A stretch of DNA of 64,000 nt from Mytilus californianus (lineage: Eukaryota): positions 19,592,001-19,656,000 of the forward strand of contig NW_026262734.1 in NCBI RefSeq assembly GCF_021869535.1, given 5' to 3'. Within the stretch, counting starts at the first letter, position 1. Each line of letters opens with the position of its first letter. Under the pieces are notes generated by a model, which made no database searches, was not told where the DNA came from, and was given only the letters and a program-made list of their open reading frames with translations. Made by a program: the position numbers and the translations under genes. Positions 51,041 through 64,000 of the stretch are shown in pieces.

Positions 51041-54000
51041 TATTTACCGGACATCAGACAGTGTACTATGGTATCATTTCGAGTCTGCCCCAGTTCAGAC
51101 AGTTAACACATATAGTTGGCGCTGGAGTACGCAGCAGTGTAGGTGTAACGGATATTAGCTTTTTTGCCTTCTTTTGGAACACCACAGTCGACGTACACTT
51201 TAAATTAGAATCATCAAGTAATAAATACGTAAAAAGGTCCCTGACAGCGAGTATGTTATGAGAATATGCTTTTTGGTTGGTGGCAAAGCTGACAGTTTCA
51301 TTTTGTCTTTTGTCCTTTTTTTTCCAAGATCACGAAGAAGAAAATGTTGTGAAATGGGTAAAATCGATTCTAGTGGTCTTTGTTCTAGTTATTCCAATAA
51401 AAAAAAAAACAACTCAAACACGAACAGGTTAATGGACATGCATCCTTAACTTAACATTTTAACTTAAGTTAAATATATTACTTTTGACCATTGAAATGCA
51501 CGTATTCTGTTTAAATTACATGATAAAAAGGAACAGAGAAATCATGTATCTGGTTCCCATTTTGACTGCTGTTTCCAATAATAGATTAAAACAACACATT
51601 TACTGACGAATTTTGCGGAAAAGTGTAAGCTAATCACCTAATGCCTATGGACGCACCAAATTTATAAAATGTTATTTGTATGGATAATATGATAAAAAAA
51701 ACTGTCTATTCATAAAAAAATATTTTTCATATAGAATTGAAATAATTGAAATGTTACTATCCCTAGTGATATAAAAAAAAAAACACACACAAGACTTAGA
51801 AATTGTGCAGTATTTGAATGGCTTACAAATCACTCAACAATACGCCTGAATGGCATTTCTGAGAAAACTTATTTTATCCTAAAATCATTTCTCTTTAAAC
51901 AATTATCGGAAAGTGATATGAATTATATCTATGATAGAATTGTAATCGAATGTTTCAGTTTTTTTTATTTTTTGCGAGAACAACTCTCCATAAAAAAAAC
52001 AATTATCAAGACGGATACCCAGGTAAACACATATATTGACACGAAACCATTCTAATAGAAAAGTATTAACAAAAATACTGAACTCCAATGCCAATTCAAA
52101 ATGAGGCAACCCATAAAAACTGACAAAATGAACATTTAAATTTAGTCTACATCAGTCAACGGAACGAATGGAAAAGTAGTGTCAAATTCCTAATTTAGTA
52201 AGGCATTTTCGACAGAAAATTGTTGAGTAAACCTTGTTTTATAGCTAGCTAATAAACCCACTTGTATGACAAGTGTTTATAGTTCCGTTATATTGACAAA
52301 AAATGGGTGAGCAACATAAACAGATATACTTGGTTAATGTGACAATGATTGAGATCCTTCAGACAAAACTGTGTAAACCTACATCACAGACATGCAATAC
52401 AACTGACTAAAAAATTCAAACAAACATACAAATAAATTTGACAAAGACGCCAACAAAATTTACAGAAGTTGATAGTATAAAAAAAATTTGGTGTTGATAG
52501 TACATGCAGTTTATAAAAACATAATATATAGTATACACTTTCCCGATAAAGTAAACATCCAGTAAAATATAAATACAAGGGTAAACAACAAGTAAAACAT
52601 CATTGTAAAAACCTCTGGCGTCAGAATCGCACCTCTAGACCCACTTGTACCACGAAGGCACACAACCAAACACCCTATAGCTGGACGATAAATACCGAGT
52701 CAAGCCAAAAAGACATACAACCAAAGGAACATACTAGCTTAACGCAAACTGTATAGTAAATAGAATGATACATAATAAAAGAAACTGCAGCACCTAGAAT
52801 CTACAACTCAATACCATCTTGTATTATTTGTAAAGTAAAAGCTGATAATTTATCTAAAGGTCTTGGTAATTTCCGATGAACTTTTGAGAAAAAGGACAAC
52901 ACCCTGGCTTATTGTTTTTTTTTGCACAGACACCGATGGAATTTTACAAAGTAACAGCTGCAAGCTCTTGAATAATGTATGGGTTGAGAAATGTATACTC
53001 AATACATGGGGGATATATTGCTGCTGAGGCGAGGAAAACTTATAATTTCAAAATTGAACTCTTTTGTCATAGATTCTGATACTTAGATGACCGCTGTAGT
53101 CAAATGCGATGTATATGTTTAAAATGATGCGAGGAAGCTGTATCTTGGTATTTTTAATCCCTATTTCAGGAGGATATATTAATGGGACCCAATCAGAAAA
53201 GTTAAATTGCTAATGGATAGAACATCATCAATATACCTCTATTGGATCTTTGATCTTCTTTTTTCTTACAAGTGTCTGAAGGAACTCTTGAACCATATGA
53301 AAAATAAGAAAAGGTCGGTCAGAGGAGGTGCACAGTTGGTTCCTATAGAAATGCAGACAACCTGCTTGAAAATTCTACCTAAAATCTAAAAAAATATGCT
53401 GGCAATGAGAAACTCCATCATACATGTACTGATCGCCTATTATTCGGTTTAGCATGTCTTATTTTCGGGTTCATTTTAACCAAATATGCCGAATTACATC
53501 CAAAAATTATAAATTTGTAGCGCATGGTACCCTTTTTATGGAAGACAATATTGTGTATAATTTTGTGCGGGTTTTCAATTTGTCATGTGGTATGGTGGTG
53601 CGAAGGGTGGACACCATGAATATGTTTGATAAGTATTTATTTTGTAACTATAATTGTCTAACTTTTTGCGCATGACCAGTTAGCTTACAATAATTTAAGT
53701 AACATTCAAACATATTGATTAACGAAGTGTATCCTCCCAGCAAATAAAAGTCTCAAATAACATTATATAATGTGGTTGGTTCGTTTGGCATACGTTTTAT
53801 AATTGAATTTACCACTTGTATTGTTGTAACAATTATAATTATAACATATAGCACGAAAATAATTGATAAATACCATGCATGATAAATGTTATACGTGGTG
53901 CAATATGAATTACCCATGATCAAACTAAGTAAAAGAAATCCATGGGGAAATGAAAAATTTCGAATTAGACAGAAAACAATGTCTAGTCGTTATAACAACT

Positions 54001-55103
54001 GATATTGTATATGGTTGCGAATGACATAATTATCCAACAAAGACAGATCATATGATGCAGCCCTCAACAATGAGAAAACCCCGTACCGTATAGTTACCTC
54101 TAAATGACACCTACATGTCAAAGGGTAAAAAAATCCAAACGAGAACAACAAAGACCCGACTTATGCTAAAACAATTGAAAAAAAACCAGCAATGTTTTAC
54201 AGACTCTTGATTCATATATTAATATTCATATTTAATCTGCTCTTTCACGGGTTATTTTGAATACTATTCAACTCCTCTATTTACAACGTCGTTCAAATCC
54301 GGAAAGTCATTCGTAAAGTTAATTCGAAAATTAAAAAAATCAAACATAATTATTTTTGATTATCAAATCAAACGATTTTACTGATAACTCTTTTCAAATT
54401 ATGAAAATCAATTCAAATAACTGAATAATTTAACCATAAAGTCCTGAAAAAAGGATAACTTCTGATAATTTAACTTCGGATGGCTTTGATCAAATCTACT
54501 CGTCAGTAAATAAACCATTTATACAGCAGAGTGGACTGCTCTCTAATCTCTATTAGCTAGCTATATTAGGTTTAGCTAGCTATAAAACCGGGTTCTTCGG
54601 AAACAATTGATAAATTTGCACTCATGGCAATGCCGTTATTACAGATAAAGTACAACAACTTGTTACCGAGGGTATCATCAGCTTTTCAAAATTTAATAAT
54701 TGTTACTATAGTATTTTCATTTACTAGTATAACAGTATGAACTAAATAAATTGTAGGATTATACAATTTTGTTTTCAATTAAGATGTGTTTATTCTGAAG
54801 ATGCAATGTTAGGTATTGTTAACATGAAGAATTAAAAAACTCTGTAAAGCAAATTCCTTGAAAATTTTACATACGAGGATCTACATAATCTATATCATAT
54901 TTACTATAACAGTTGTATTAATAAGCTATTTGTAAGGTATATCGAATTAGTATTTCTATGATCATCCGTTAATTTAGCATTCACTGTTATGTAAGCAGAC
55001 AATCTTTTGCCAACTTGTTATTGCAAAATATAAAAGCGATGATGTTGTTACCGGAAATAATCAGTCCACATGGTCAATCGGCCATAGTTACGTCATTTAG
55101 AAA

Positions 55104-57439
55104 TGTACTCATATAACTCAAAGAAAATTTCGGACCAATCATACCAATATTTCGGACCTAATTTCTATTTCAAAAAACAACGGCAGACATTATCTGTTAA
55201 CAAAGCTCTGTTCATTACCGGTTAATAAGTTAAATAAAATTTTAGAGGATTGCAACACAATTTCATATCGCAGTCCTAAGTATGAAATCGTTCAAATTAT
55301 AATGGCATATTGTTATTCTAAACTGTTTCCCAAAATTGATCGCCCTGAAGATCATAAAAAACAGTTTATTAAAATAAAGTATGTCAATAAAGGTTTTGAT
55401 TTTGTAAATATTGCCGGTATTTTTAACGACCATTCTGTTAAAGAACAAATTCCGGGATATTTTGATAATACTGAGCTCCCTCTTATTTGTTATATTTACA
55501 AGAAATATACCCGGAAATTTGTGTTTAATTATAGCCAATTGTGTAAAGATGTTAATATCAGTGAAAATACACCTACTTCATGTAATTGCAGTAATTCCGA
55601 ATACATTTATGGACCCATTTCCCATGTTATAACAGGAGATCTTAACATCGTCCAAGACCGAGAGTTAAAATCATTCCTCAGTAAAGGACCTAAATATCGT
55701 CCCCCGTCAATTATTAATTGGAATGAGTGTCGTAATATCATCCACGACTCACTCCATACTTACTGTTAGAAATGGATAAAACGGGAAAAAGCTGACAAAA
55801 AATCTTTGGACTCTTTTTTTAAATCAGTAATGAACATAGTTGATATACGTATTCAACATTTTAAAGAACATTTTACTCTTAACAATTACCACAATAAACC
55901 TATTTCTCGTATCAAACATAAACTAAAAGAACTAGCCAAGGAATTTGTTTTTGTCCCGGCCGATAAAGCTGCTAATAATATTATTATTGTTTGACGTAAA
56001 TTTTACATTGAGGTTCTGAAAAAAGAAATCACCAATTCACCAACATTCCAACTGACTCCATTTTCAGAAAACGACATCTGTAACAAACATAAACTTTTAG
56101 CTACCGCTTTACAAGCAGAACCAAATACAATGAAAGTCCCAACTATGTATTGGCTTCCGAAGCTACACAAAACACCTTACAAATATAGATTCATTTCGTC
56201 TTCAAGCCATTGTTCCACTACTAAATTGTCTATTCTTCTTACCAGTACACTTGGTACAAACAAAAATCTGATAATAAATTGTTCAAATAAGGCCTTCGAA
56301 AATAGTGGAATTAATTACTTTTGGAGTGTCAAGAACTCGTTGGAAGTACTTGATAAATTGCATGCATATATTGGTGATTTTGAATCTGTTCAAAGTTTTG
56401 ATTTCTCTACCCTATATACCACATTGCCTCACATTCTCATTAAGAAAAAATTCACACACCTAATTAAATGGGCATTTAAAAAGTCAGAATGTGAATATAT
56501 ATGTTCTAACTCTTTTAGGTCATTTTTTAGTAGCAATAAACAAAAAAACTATGTCAATTGGACATGCTTTGATACTATATATGCCCTTGAATTTTTACTA
56601 GATAACATTTTTGTTCGCTTTGGAGATTCCGTATATCGTCAGGTTATCGGAATTCCAATGGGGACTAACTGTGCACCACTTATTGCGGACCTTTTTTTTG
56701 TATTGCTATGAGTTACAATTTATGACAAAAATCAGCAAAGACCCATCGAAACAACATCTGATACACAAATTTAATAATACTTTTAGATATTTGGATTATA
56801 TTTTGGCTCTCAATAATGACGACTTCAGTATGTATACTAAAGAAATTTATCCTGTTGAACTTACTTTAAATAAAGTTAATACCAACAATGACCACTGCCC
56901 TTTCCTCGATCTTGATATCTATATCATTAACGGAAAGCTTAATACTAAAATATATGATAAAAGAGATGATTTTTCATTTCCTATCGTTAATTATCCATTT
57001 TTAGGTGGTGACGTTCCCTTGTCACCATCTTACGGTGTTTATATATCTCAACTTGTACGATTCGCACGTGTATGTAACAATGTTTTAGATTTTAACGAGA
57101 GAAATTTATGTATTACTGAAAAATTATAAAAACCAGGGTTTTCGATATCATAAACTAGTCAAAACATTTACTAAATTTTATCATCGGTATAAGGACATCA
57201 TTCGTAAATATAGCTCAACATGCAGACCTCTTATACGTTCAGGTATTTCACATCCAATTTTTTATGGAAATATTCTTTATAAAGCACAAAAATGTCAGTA
57301 TTCACCTCTGAAGCTAACAAAACCTTTAAATAGACTTATTAAGAAGGGATATAGTTACGATACTGTTGTCAGGTCATTAAAGATTGCATATTTTGGCGTT
57401 AATATTGATTCACTTATAGGGTCTTTGCATCGGCACTAA
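55104..57439 (+). pseudogene. PLE-type reverse transcriptase pseudogene
   Basis: Motifs KGPKYR, PADKAANN, YWLPKLHK, FDFSTLYT, GIPMGTNCAP, LYCYE, FLDL. Lesions: TAG at 55767, frameshifts near 56695 and 57128, YLDD changed to YLDY. TGA at 55992 is in frame. Confidence 0.92.
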
Positions 57440-57478
57440 ACACATTTATTTAAAAACCAGTTGTTGGCATGACACGGG

Positions 57479-57567
57479 TTATGTTCTTCTCATATATGTT
57501 ATGATGGTATGATACTAAACCCCTAACGGGAAGGATTGTGCCTGATATTCATATGATGAAGACATAA
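57479..57567 (+). promoter_or_regulatory. Candidate type II SECIS element in the retroelement 3' UTR
   Basis: ATGA (57501) - helix II GGTATGATACT/AGGATTGTGCC - unpaired AAA (57517) - CCC/GGG apical stem - TGAT (57543). Helix I is TTATG.TCTTC.TCATAT / ATATGA.GAAGA.CATAA. Confidence 0.82.
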
Positions 57568-60342
57568 TCTTTCAATCAGTTTAATTGAAGTCTGGAGCTG
57601 GCATGTCAGTTAACTGCTAGTAGTCTGTTGTTATTTATGTATTATTGTCATTTTGTTTATTTTCTTTGGTTACATCTTCTGACATCAGACTCGGACTTCT
57701 CTTGAACTGAATTTTAATGTGCGTATTGTTATGCGTTTACTTTTCTACATTGGCTAGAGGTATAGGGGGAGGGTTGAGATCTCATAAACATGTTTAACCC
57801 CGCCGCATTTTTGCGCCTGTCCCAAGTCAGGAGCCTCTAGCCTTTGTCAGTCTTGTATTATTTTTAATTTTAGTTTCTTGTGTACAATTTGGAGTTTAGT
57901 ATGGCGTTCATTATCACTGAACTAGTATATATATTTGTTTAGGGGCCAGCTGAAGGACGCCTCCGGGTGCGGGAATTTCTCGCTGCATTGAAGACCTGTT
58001 GGTGACCTTCTGCTGTTGTCTGTTCTATGGTCGGGTTGTTGTCTCTTTGACACATTCCCCATTTCCATTCTCAATTTTATCATATATCTATATTACACAC
58101 AGTTACTCAAGTAGTTCAATCACTAAGTATGCTATCCTTGTGGTTTCATGGTAATTTATCTAGGTCAACGATTCAACCATATATTATAATGCCATTTTTT
58201 GTCATAGTAAGATACATCTTCTTTACCTAATCTGACATGGCAGCAGCTACTATTGATCCAATGGCAGCTTCTTTTACAAGCTAAAACAAAAGAGTCAATA
58301 TTTGAATTTAAATCCCCCCCTTTGGAATTTAATTGGTACTTTCTGTGTAAACAATTTAATTTATAACCCGTTTCAAAATCATTTATTTCGGACTGTATGA
58401 AGTGTTCTGTCCCATCCTAAGCAAGGCACGAAGAATCGTACTTCTATAACAACCTCCAAGTGCACTCTAAAACTGCAATCATTACATGAAGCAAGTAATA
58501 TTTATTGTTTGATTAATGGTTGATTAACATACAACGTCTAATATCACATGCATTATAATGACAAAATACACTATATAGTATTTGATCGAGAAGCCGGGTA
58601 GGATTTTTAACGTACTAAATATTCACAAGATAACACATGAAGGCATTACACTTTACAATGACATATAAGTTTGAGTCCAAATCGACCAGCTTTTGTTGTG
58701 ACTTATACATGCTGAGTGTTTTGTGGAGTAAATGCAATTACCCGTTTTAACAGGAAGAGTAGATAATAAGACGGAAATAAAAGAAAACATAAGTCGAAGA
58801 AAAACCGAAGACATCGTGACCAAACACCACAAAAAAACAACCAACATTTCAGAAAACCCTACACACAAAACTAACAAAAATCTTAAGAGTGAAAATACTC
58901 TTTTAAGGCATACACATTTCAGTATAACTTTCGATCAATTTTCAAATCAAGCCAAGATTCTTACAGATAATCAACATACCGTATTACAGAGATTTTCGTT
59001 ATAAGATTTTAAACCTAGATTACTCACTTGTTTTCTCATGATGTGCCAGCATTTATTATTTACAAAAAGTCCTAAACAACCTTTAAACCTAAAACAATCT
59101 TGTGCTGATTCATTAAAGTCGAGCGCACCATAGAAGGTGTGATTAAATATGTCCATGGTTCATATGTCCACTTGTTTTAACTAATAAAAGTAATATCTTT
59201 ATTTTAAAACTTGTTTTAGTGAAATCATAGTTACTACTGCATGCGGTAATCTCCTGTCTATTAAGTACCCATTAGTCAAATAACAGGGGGACGTCTGTGT
59301 TTTTTTATTTGTATATAAAATTTAAAGATGTTTAGCATTGGAACAACATAAGGGCACATAATATCCTTAACTGTATACCAGTAAGTAGTCCGAAATTAGA
59401 TCTGTACTTTACATTATATTATGTTATACCACCGAAATTCCGATCTGTACTGTATAAGTAATAAACTTGCCGCTTGGAAAATTGAAAAAAAAAAAAAAAA
59501 CGTGTTCTCATACACACTTGCTCTTTATTCACAGCGTCAGTTACTTTAATGACAACGTGTGTAATTCTTTCACAATATATACAGCATTGTGTCAACAGTT
59601 TATCAGTGCTTTTGTGAGCGTTGTATCTTTGATCAGTGTTTATTATAAATTTTTCACTGTATTTTGTTTTAGTGACGACATTATTCTCAATGATCAGACA
59701 TTCCGTATATATTAACATTCATTTAACAATTATGACCATATTAAGATTTAGATTTATTGGTATCAAGTTGGTTCCATATTCAACATTCAAAACATTGTAA
59801 GAAAACAGAATGAACCATGTCGATGTTCTGAACATTTCAGATTCATTATACGAGATCCGATATCAAAATTCAACTTTCGATTTCGACATGCAAATTTCAA
59901 TTTTGAATTTAGAATTCGATTTCATCATTACAAATTCCAATTTTCAAACTTCGCAAATTGAATTCAATAGTCTGCCTTCAAATTTCGTTGATTTGTTTAA
60001 AAATCAATGTTTAACATTTGGTTCTCAACAGTCAGCTTATACGTATATATTTCAAGGATGCAAATGTTCAACATTTAATATGTAAATATTCAACATTCGA
60101 TTTCAGAATTCAATATTCATATATGCAACATTAGAAGTCAACGTTCAACATTCGATTTCAAAATAATTCGATTTCTTCTTTCAACATTGGATATTTGTTT
60201 TGTCAAAGTTCAACTTTTTACATTTGGTTCTCAACAGTCAGCTTATACGTATGTGGTAGTGTGTTAATTTGGATATATTTAATTTTGTATTATACTTTGA
60301 TATTGTGATACTATATATTTGATGAGTGTAATATGTCTAGGT

Positions 60343-60432
60343 TAGTCTATGGAAAGGTATATACTATGAAATTTAGAGCGAGGGGCTTGCCCCAAGCTCT
60401 TAATTTCATAGTATATACCTTTCCATAGACTA
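60343..60432. other. Near-perfect 90-nt palindrome
   Basis: 31-bp perfect arms TAGTCTATGGAAAGGTATATACTATGAAATT with an inner AGAGC/GCTCT and GGGG/CCCC stem. Confidence 0.85.
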
Positions 60433-60945
60433 TCCAATTTAGCACATATTTACAACTCGAGTAATCTTTTAATTGGTCTATTGATAGTTTATTTTGGCTG
60501 ACTACTTGTATCACAGGTGTTTGTAAAACGGAGCTCATTAACGAATTTTGTAAATCTACTCACCAGTATCATTGTAAAATATGTGATTTCAAAAGGCCCT
60601 TCACTCCAGAATGAAAAGATGGTAGCTGCTGGTGTAAGTATGTATACTGATATAAAGCGGTGTTTTACTATACATGTTCTTCTTAGGTAAGATGACAAAA
60701 TGAATTGACCAAAAGCAGGTAATATTGAAATTGCAGTGGAAGCTTTACATGTTTTGAAAACATTTTTTAATTTCACAGTAAAACTAAAGCTATAATAAAT
60801 TTGAAACATATAGATAGTTTGTCCCCAAAGATATAGTCTAGCAGATAGGCATTAAAAAGCAACTACAAATAGATCAGAGATTATAGGTTTTGTGTGTTTT
60901 TTTTTTATTAGTTCAAAGTAAAAACTAAAAGATTTATCAGAAGAT

Positions 60946-60948
<3 letters not shown>

Positions 60949-60978
<30 letters not shown>
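60949..60978. repeat. (TA)n microsatellite
   Basis: 15 TA units. Confidence 0.95.
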
Positions 60979-60980
<2 letters not shown>

Positions 60981-63900
60981 TGGCACATTATCTTCAGACA
61001 TAATCACAGTTTTTCAATTCATGACATCGTCCTGAACATGCAGGAAATATTTGCCACTGGACATTAAGCAACCAATAATCAATAAATCAATCAATTCATG
61101 ACGAAATAGATCACTTTCCTTAAGAAAGTTTAAAAAATTATTACCAAGTTGCTTAAATTTTCCTTCACAAGTTTTCATAGTACACACTTTTCTGTGTACA
61201 AAGTAATTGCATGGATGATACATTATCATAATTTTAAGATATCGTTGTACTCTAATCAAGGTATAAAGAACCATATGTATTACCCTTTATTTTAATGATA
61301 AAATTTGCAATTGTCAAAAACATTTTTTAGATCCAAAGATTTTAATAGCAGGATATTTAAAAATCAATGTGAAAACTAATTACAAACTATTTAATTTAAT
61401 GTCTTTAATTTGGAACACAGCATTTTATTTCAAAATAGCCAGTGGCAATTTTTGTTTTAAATATCTTGATTACGATACAATGAAATCTTACCCTTGTGGT
61501 CATTCATGCGTAGTTACTTAGTACACAGGAAAAGTATGTACTATGAAAATTAGAAGGCAAATATAAGCAATTTGATTGGACGAGAAGTTGTAAGTATGTG
61601 CTAAGTTTAATTCTAAGTACTTAGTGAGTTAGTTTCTAGTCATGCTCCACTGGTTATGTTCATTGTATGATCTTTACATGGCTCAGTGAGTTTTGATATA
61701 TTGGTTATTTGTTTACTCTCTGGGTTTTACTAGTTTGTATTGTGAAATTTTTTCTTCTTTGTGATAATTGGCTAATTTAGTCATATGGTCATTTTGGAGG
61801 GAAATCCTATTGTTAGGTCAGAATTTACTCATACTTTGAATTGTAAAGTTGTGTGTTGTTTGCTTTGATACATTTATATTTGTGGACATCTTTGATTCCA
61901 TTATCAGGTCATTTTTCTCTACTTAATATTTCACATTCATACTAAAATACTGATATGAATAGATTGTATAGATGATTTTGTATGAATGGTCAGAATGAAT
62001 GATTTCAGAGTAAAAGGTGTATAAAATAGATTAAAACATATAAAAGTATATTAAATATTGTTTAAATCAGTTTAAATAAATTGACACAGTCAAGTAAATC
62101 ATTTTGTAAGTATTTAAGCCATCAACAGTAAAATTATATGAATAACTCAGTTTAGTGAAAAGAAGTAATAGTAAAGATATAAAATAGTAATTTGTATGTT
62201 AAGACATATTTTAAACTATTAAATGATTTGATAATTTAATACGTAAACTATAAACACAAATAGTTATGATAATATTTTTATTACATATATTTGAACCATA
62301 CTGTTTGTATATCATGTAGAAGATTCCATATTGTAAATACAGGACCTATGTACCTCATACATGGTAGGTTTTGTATTCTGTTTATATGTGTGTTTTTGTG
62401 ATTAACATTTGTCTTGAGCATGGCTATAATATTTGTTTTAATAAGCTTATTGTGTTATGTTACTGTACGCTTTGCTTTATGTGTACTAATTCAATGTTGT
62501 TAGTAATTTGAATGAAATGACCCATAAATGACTATCAGAAGAATATTTGGTAGAATACAATATGTTAAATGTTAAGATGTGTAATTTATGATTAGAACAA
62601 TATTTCTCATGATTAATATTCTATGTAAATAGATTTGTAAGTAAATAACATGGAAAACCATAGTTGTCCAGTAGGAAATATTTGAGTATTGTATTTTAGG
62701 TATTGTCACCTAGAATGAATAGAGTTATCTTTCTTTGTACTGATTATTTGTATTTGTATTGCAGGGTCATTTCTCATATTACACAATAAAACGAATCCAT
62801 TGATCCTGAGGTGTTTAATTTATTATACGACCAAAACAACCTGGTTACACGTATATATTTCCAGGATGCAAATGTTCAACATTTAACATGTAAATATTCA
62901 ACATTCGATTTCAGAATTCAATATTCATATATGTAACATTAGAAATCAACGTTCAGCATTCTATTTCTTCTTTCAACATTGGATATTTGTTTTGTCAAAG
63001 TTCAACTTTTAACATTTGGTTCTCAACAGTCAGCTTATACGTATATATTTCCAGGATGCAAATGTTCAACATTTAACATGTAAATATTCGACATTCGATT
63101 TCAGAATTCAATATTCATATATGCAACATTAGAAATCAACGTTCAACATTCGATTTCAATATAATTCGATTTCTTCTTTCAACATTGGATATTTGTTTTG
63201 TCAAAGTTCAACTTTTAACTTTTAATTTCGACATTCAACATTCAATATACAGTAAACCTTTTACCGACTGGAAATAACTCTTTATATCTTAAGTGCGTCC
63301 GGAGCTCATTTCTGATTTTACCTTCAAAATGAACGATCAAACTCAATCATTTAAACCATGGAATGAGTAAATAAGCAGCAACGTAAAGAGCTTTATGACC
63401 AAAAGTTAAATAAAAAAATGCCATAATCTTAGGTCAACTTTGGCTGAAGGAGTTGGAAGTTTAGTTTCAACATTCAGCTTTCAAAATTCTATTTAAATTC
63501 AACATTGAAATAATCAGCATTCAAAATCAACATTTAAGATATGGTTTCCAACATTCAATTATTCGATTTCGATATTCAATAGTCAATGTTGCTCATTGTT
63601 GAAGGCCGTACGGTGACCTATAGTTGTTAATTTCTGTGTCATTTGTTCTCTTGTGAATAGTTGTCTCATAAGCAATCATATCACATCTTCTTTTTTATAT
63701 TGTCATGAGCAAGTGAGGATTTCTCAGAGTTCTTTTGGAATTAAGTGACAACTCTTTAAGAAATGGCAGCATTCCTTAACATCATTAATGTCGGTAACAT
63801 GAATCTTTAAGAGTCCAAATCTAAACCAAACCTATCATCAATGCTTGAAATAAAAATAACTAGCATGTTTTGTGATTTTATATTATTATTCCTGCCATTA

Positions 63901-64000
63901 TAATCAACTTTTAAATAGATTTATTCATCTTTGCTTCAACTGAAACCTATTCTGCGGGTTTTGATCTTCGTTATTTGTAGAACAAGACTGTTATCATGAT

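Larger units (their letters stand above)
55100..58080 (+). mobile_element. Penelope-like retroelement, Naiad/Chlamys-type, decayed copy
   Basis: The RT ORF ends at 57439 with no C-terminal GIY-YIG; the 3' tail is shared with 1-304 and partly with 25030-25130. The 5' boundary and any N-terminal endonuclease could not be resolved. Confidence 0.8.
59810..63580. repeat. Dispersed TTCAACATT/TTCGATTTC-rich repeat: copies at ~59810-60250 and ~62840-63580 (with a ~190-bp tandem duplication)
   Basis: GGATGCAAATGTTCAACATTTAA...GGTTCTCAACAGTCAGCTTATACGTAT is shared among 60005-60250, 62850-63040 and 63040-63220. Confidence 0.7.

Noticed and set aside
54600-55100. N-terminal GIY-YIG endonuclease of the retroelement
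   Set aside because: Expected for a Naiad-type element, but I could not read a convincing motif in this degenerate region.
57570-58080. Hammerhead ribozyme in the retroelement tail
   Set aside because: No CTGANGA...GAAA core seen by eye; an Infernal search would be needed.

Overview
AT-rich eukaryotic genomic DNA, probably a bivalve mollusc (Mytilus-like; inferred from repeat families, not database-verified). The dominant feature is a complete, apparently young 19,116-bp Polinton/Maverick (endogenous adintovirus-like) element at 2545-21660. It has AGTAGT...ACTACT termini, 109-bp TIRs with one mismatch and a perfect 6-bp ATTATT target-site duplication, and a paralogous empty site lies in the same window. 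It encodes integrase, minor and major capsid proteins, adenain-type protease, packaging ATPase and a protein-primed PolB. PolB reads through only after removing three phase-1 GT-AG introns, two of which split catalytic motifs B and C. The element also carries accessory genes the ORF track misses or fragments: two PC4-like proteins (one with a TM segment, one spliced and bracketed by a perfect 20-bp inverted repeat), a 361-bp tandem exon+intron array, and a spliced type I membrane glycoprotein cassette with a candidate alternative last exon. Outside it are an old tandem segmental duplication, MITEs, a tRNA-derived SINE, a multi-exon host gene for an uncharacterised secreted protein, a 3-kb 45-bp minisatellite with 12-mer higher-order structure, and a decayed Penelope-like (Naiad-type) retroelement. 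That retroelement has an in-frame UGA at a Cys-type position and a canonical-looking SECIS hairpin in its 3' UTR. All calls are by eye; no searches were run.
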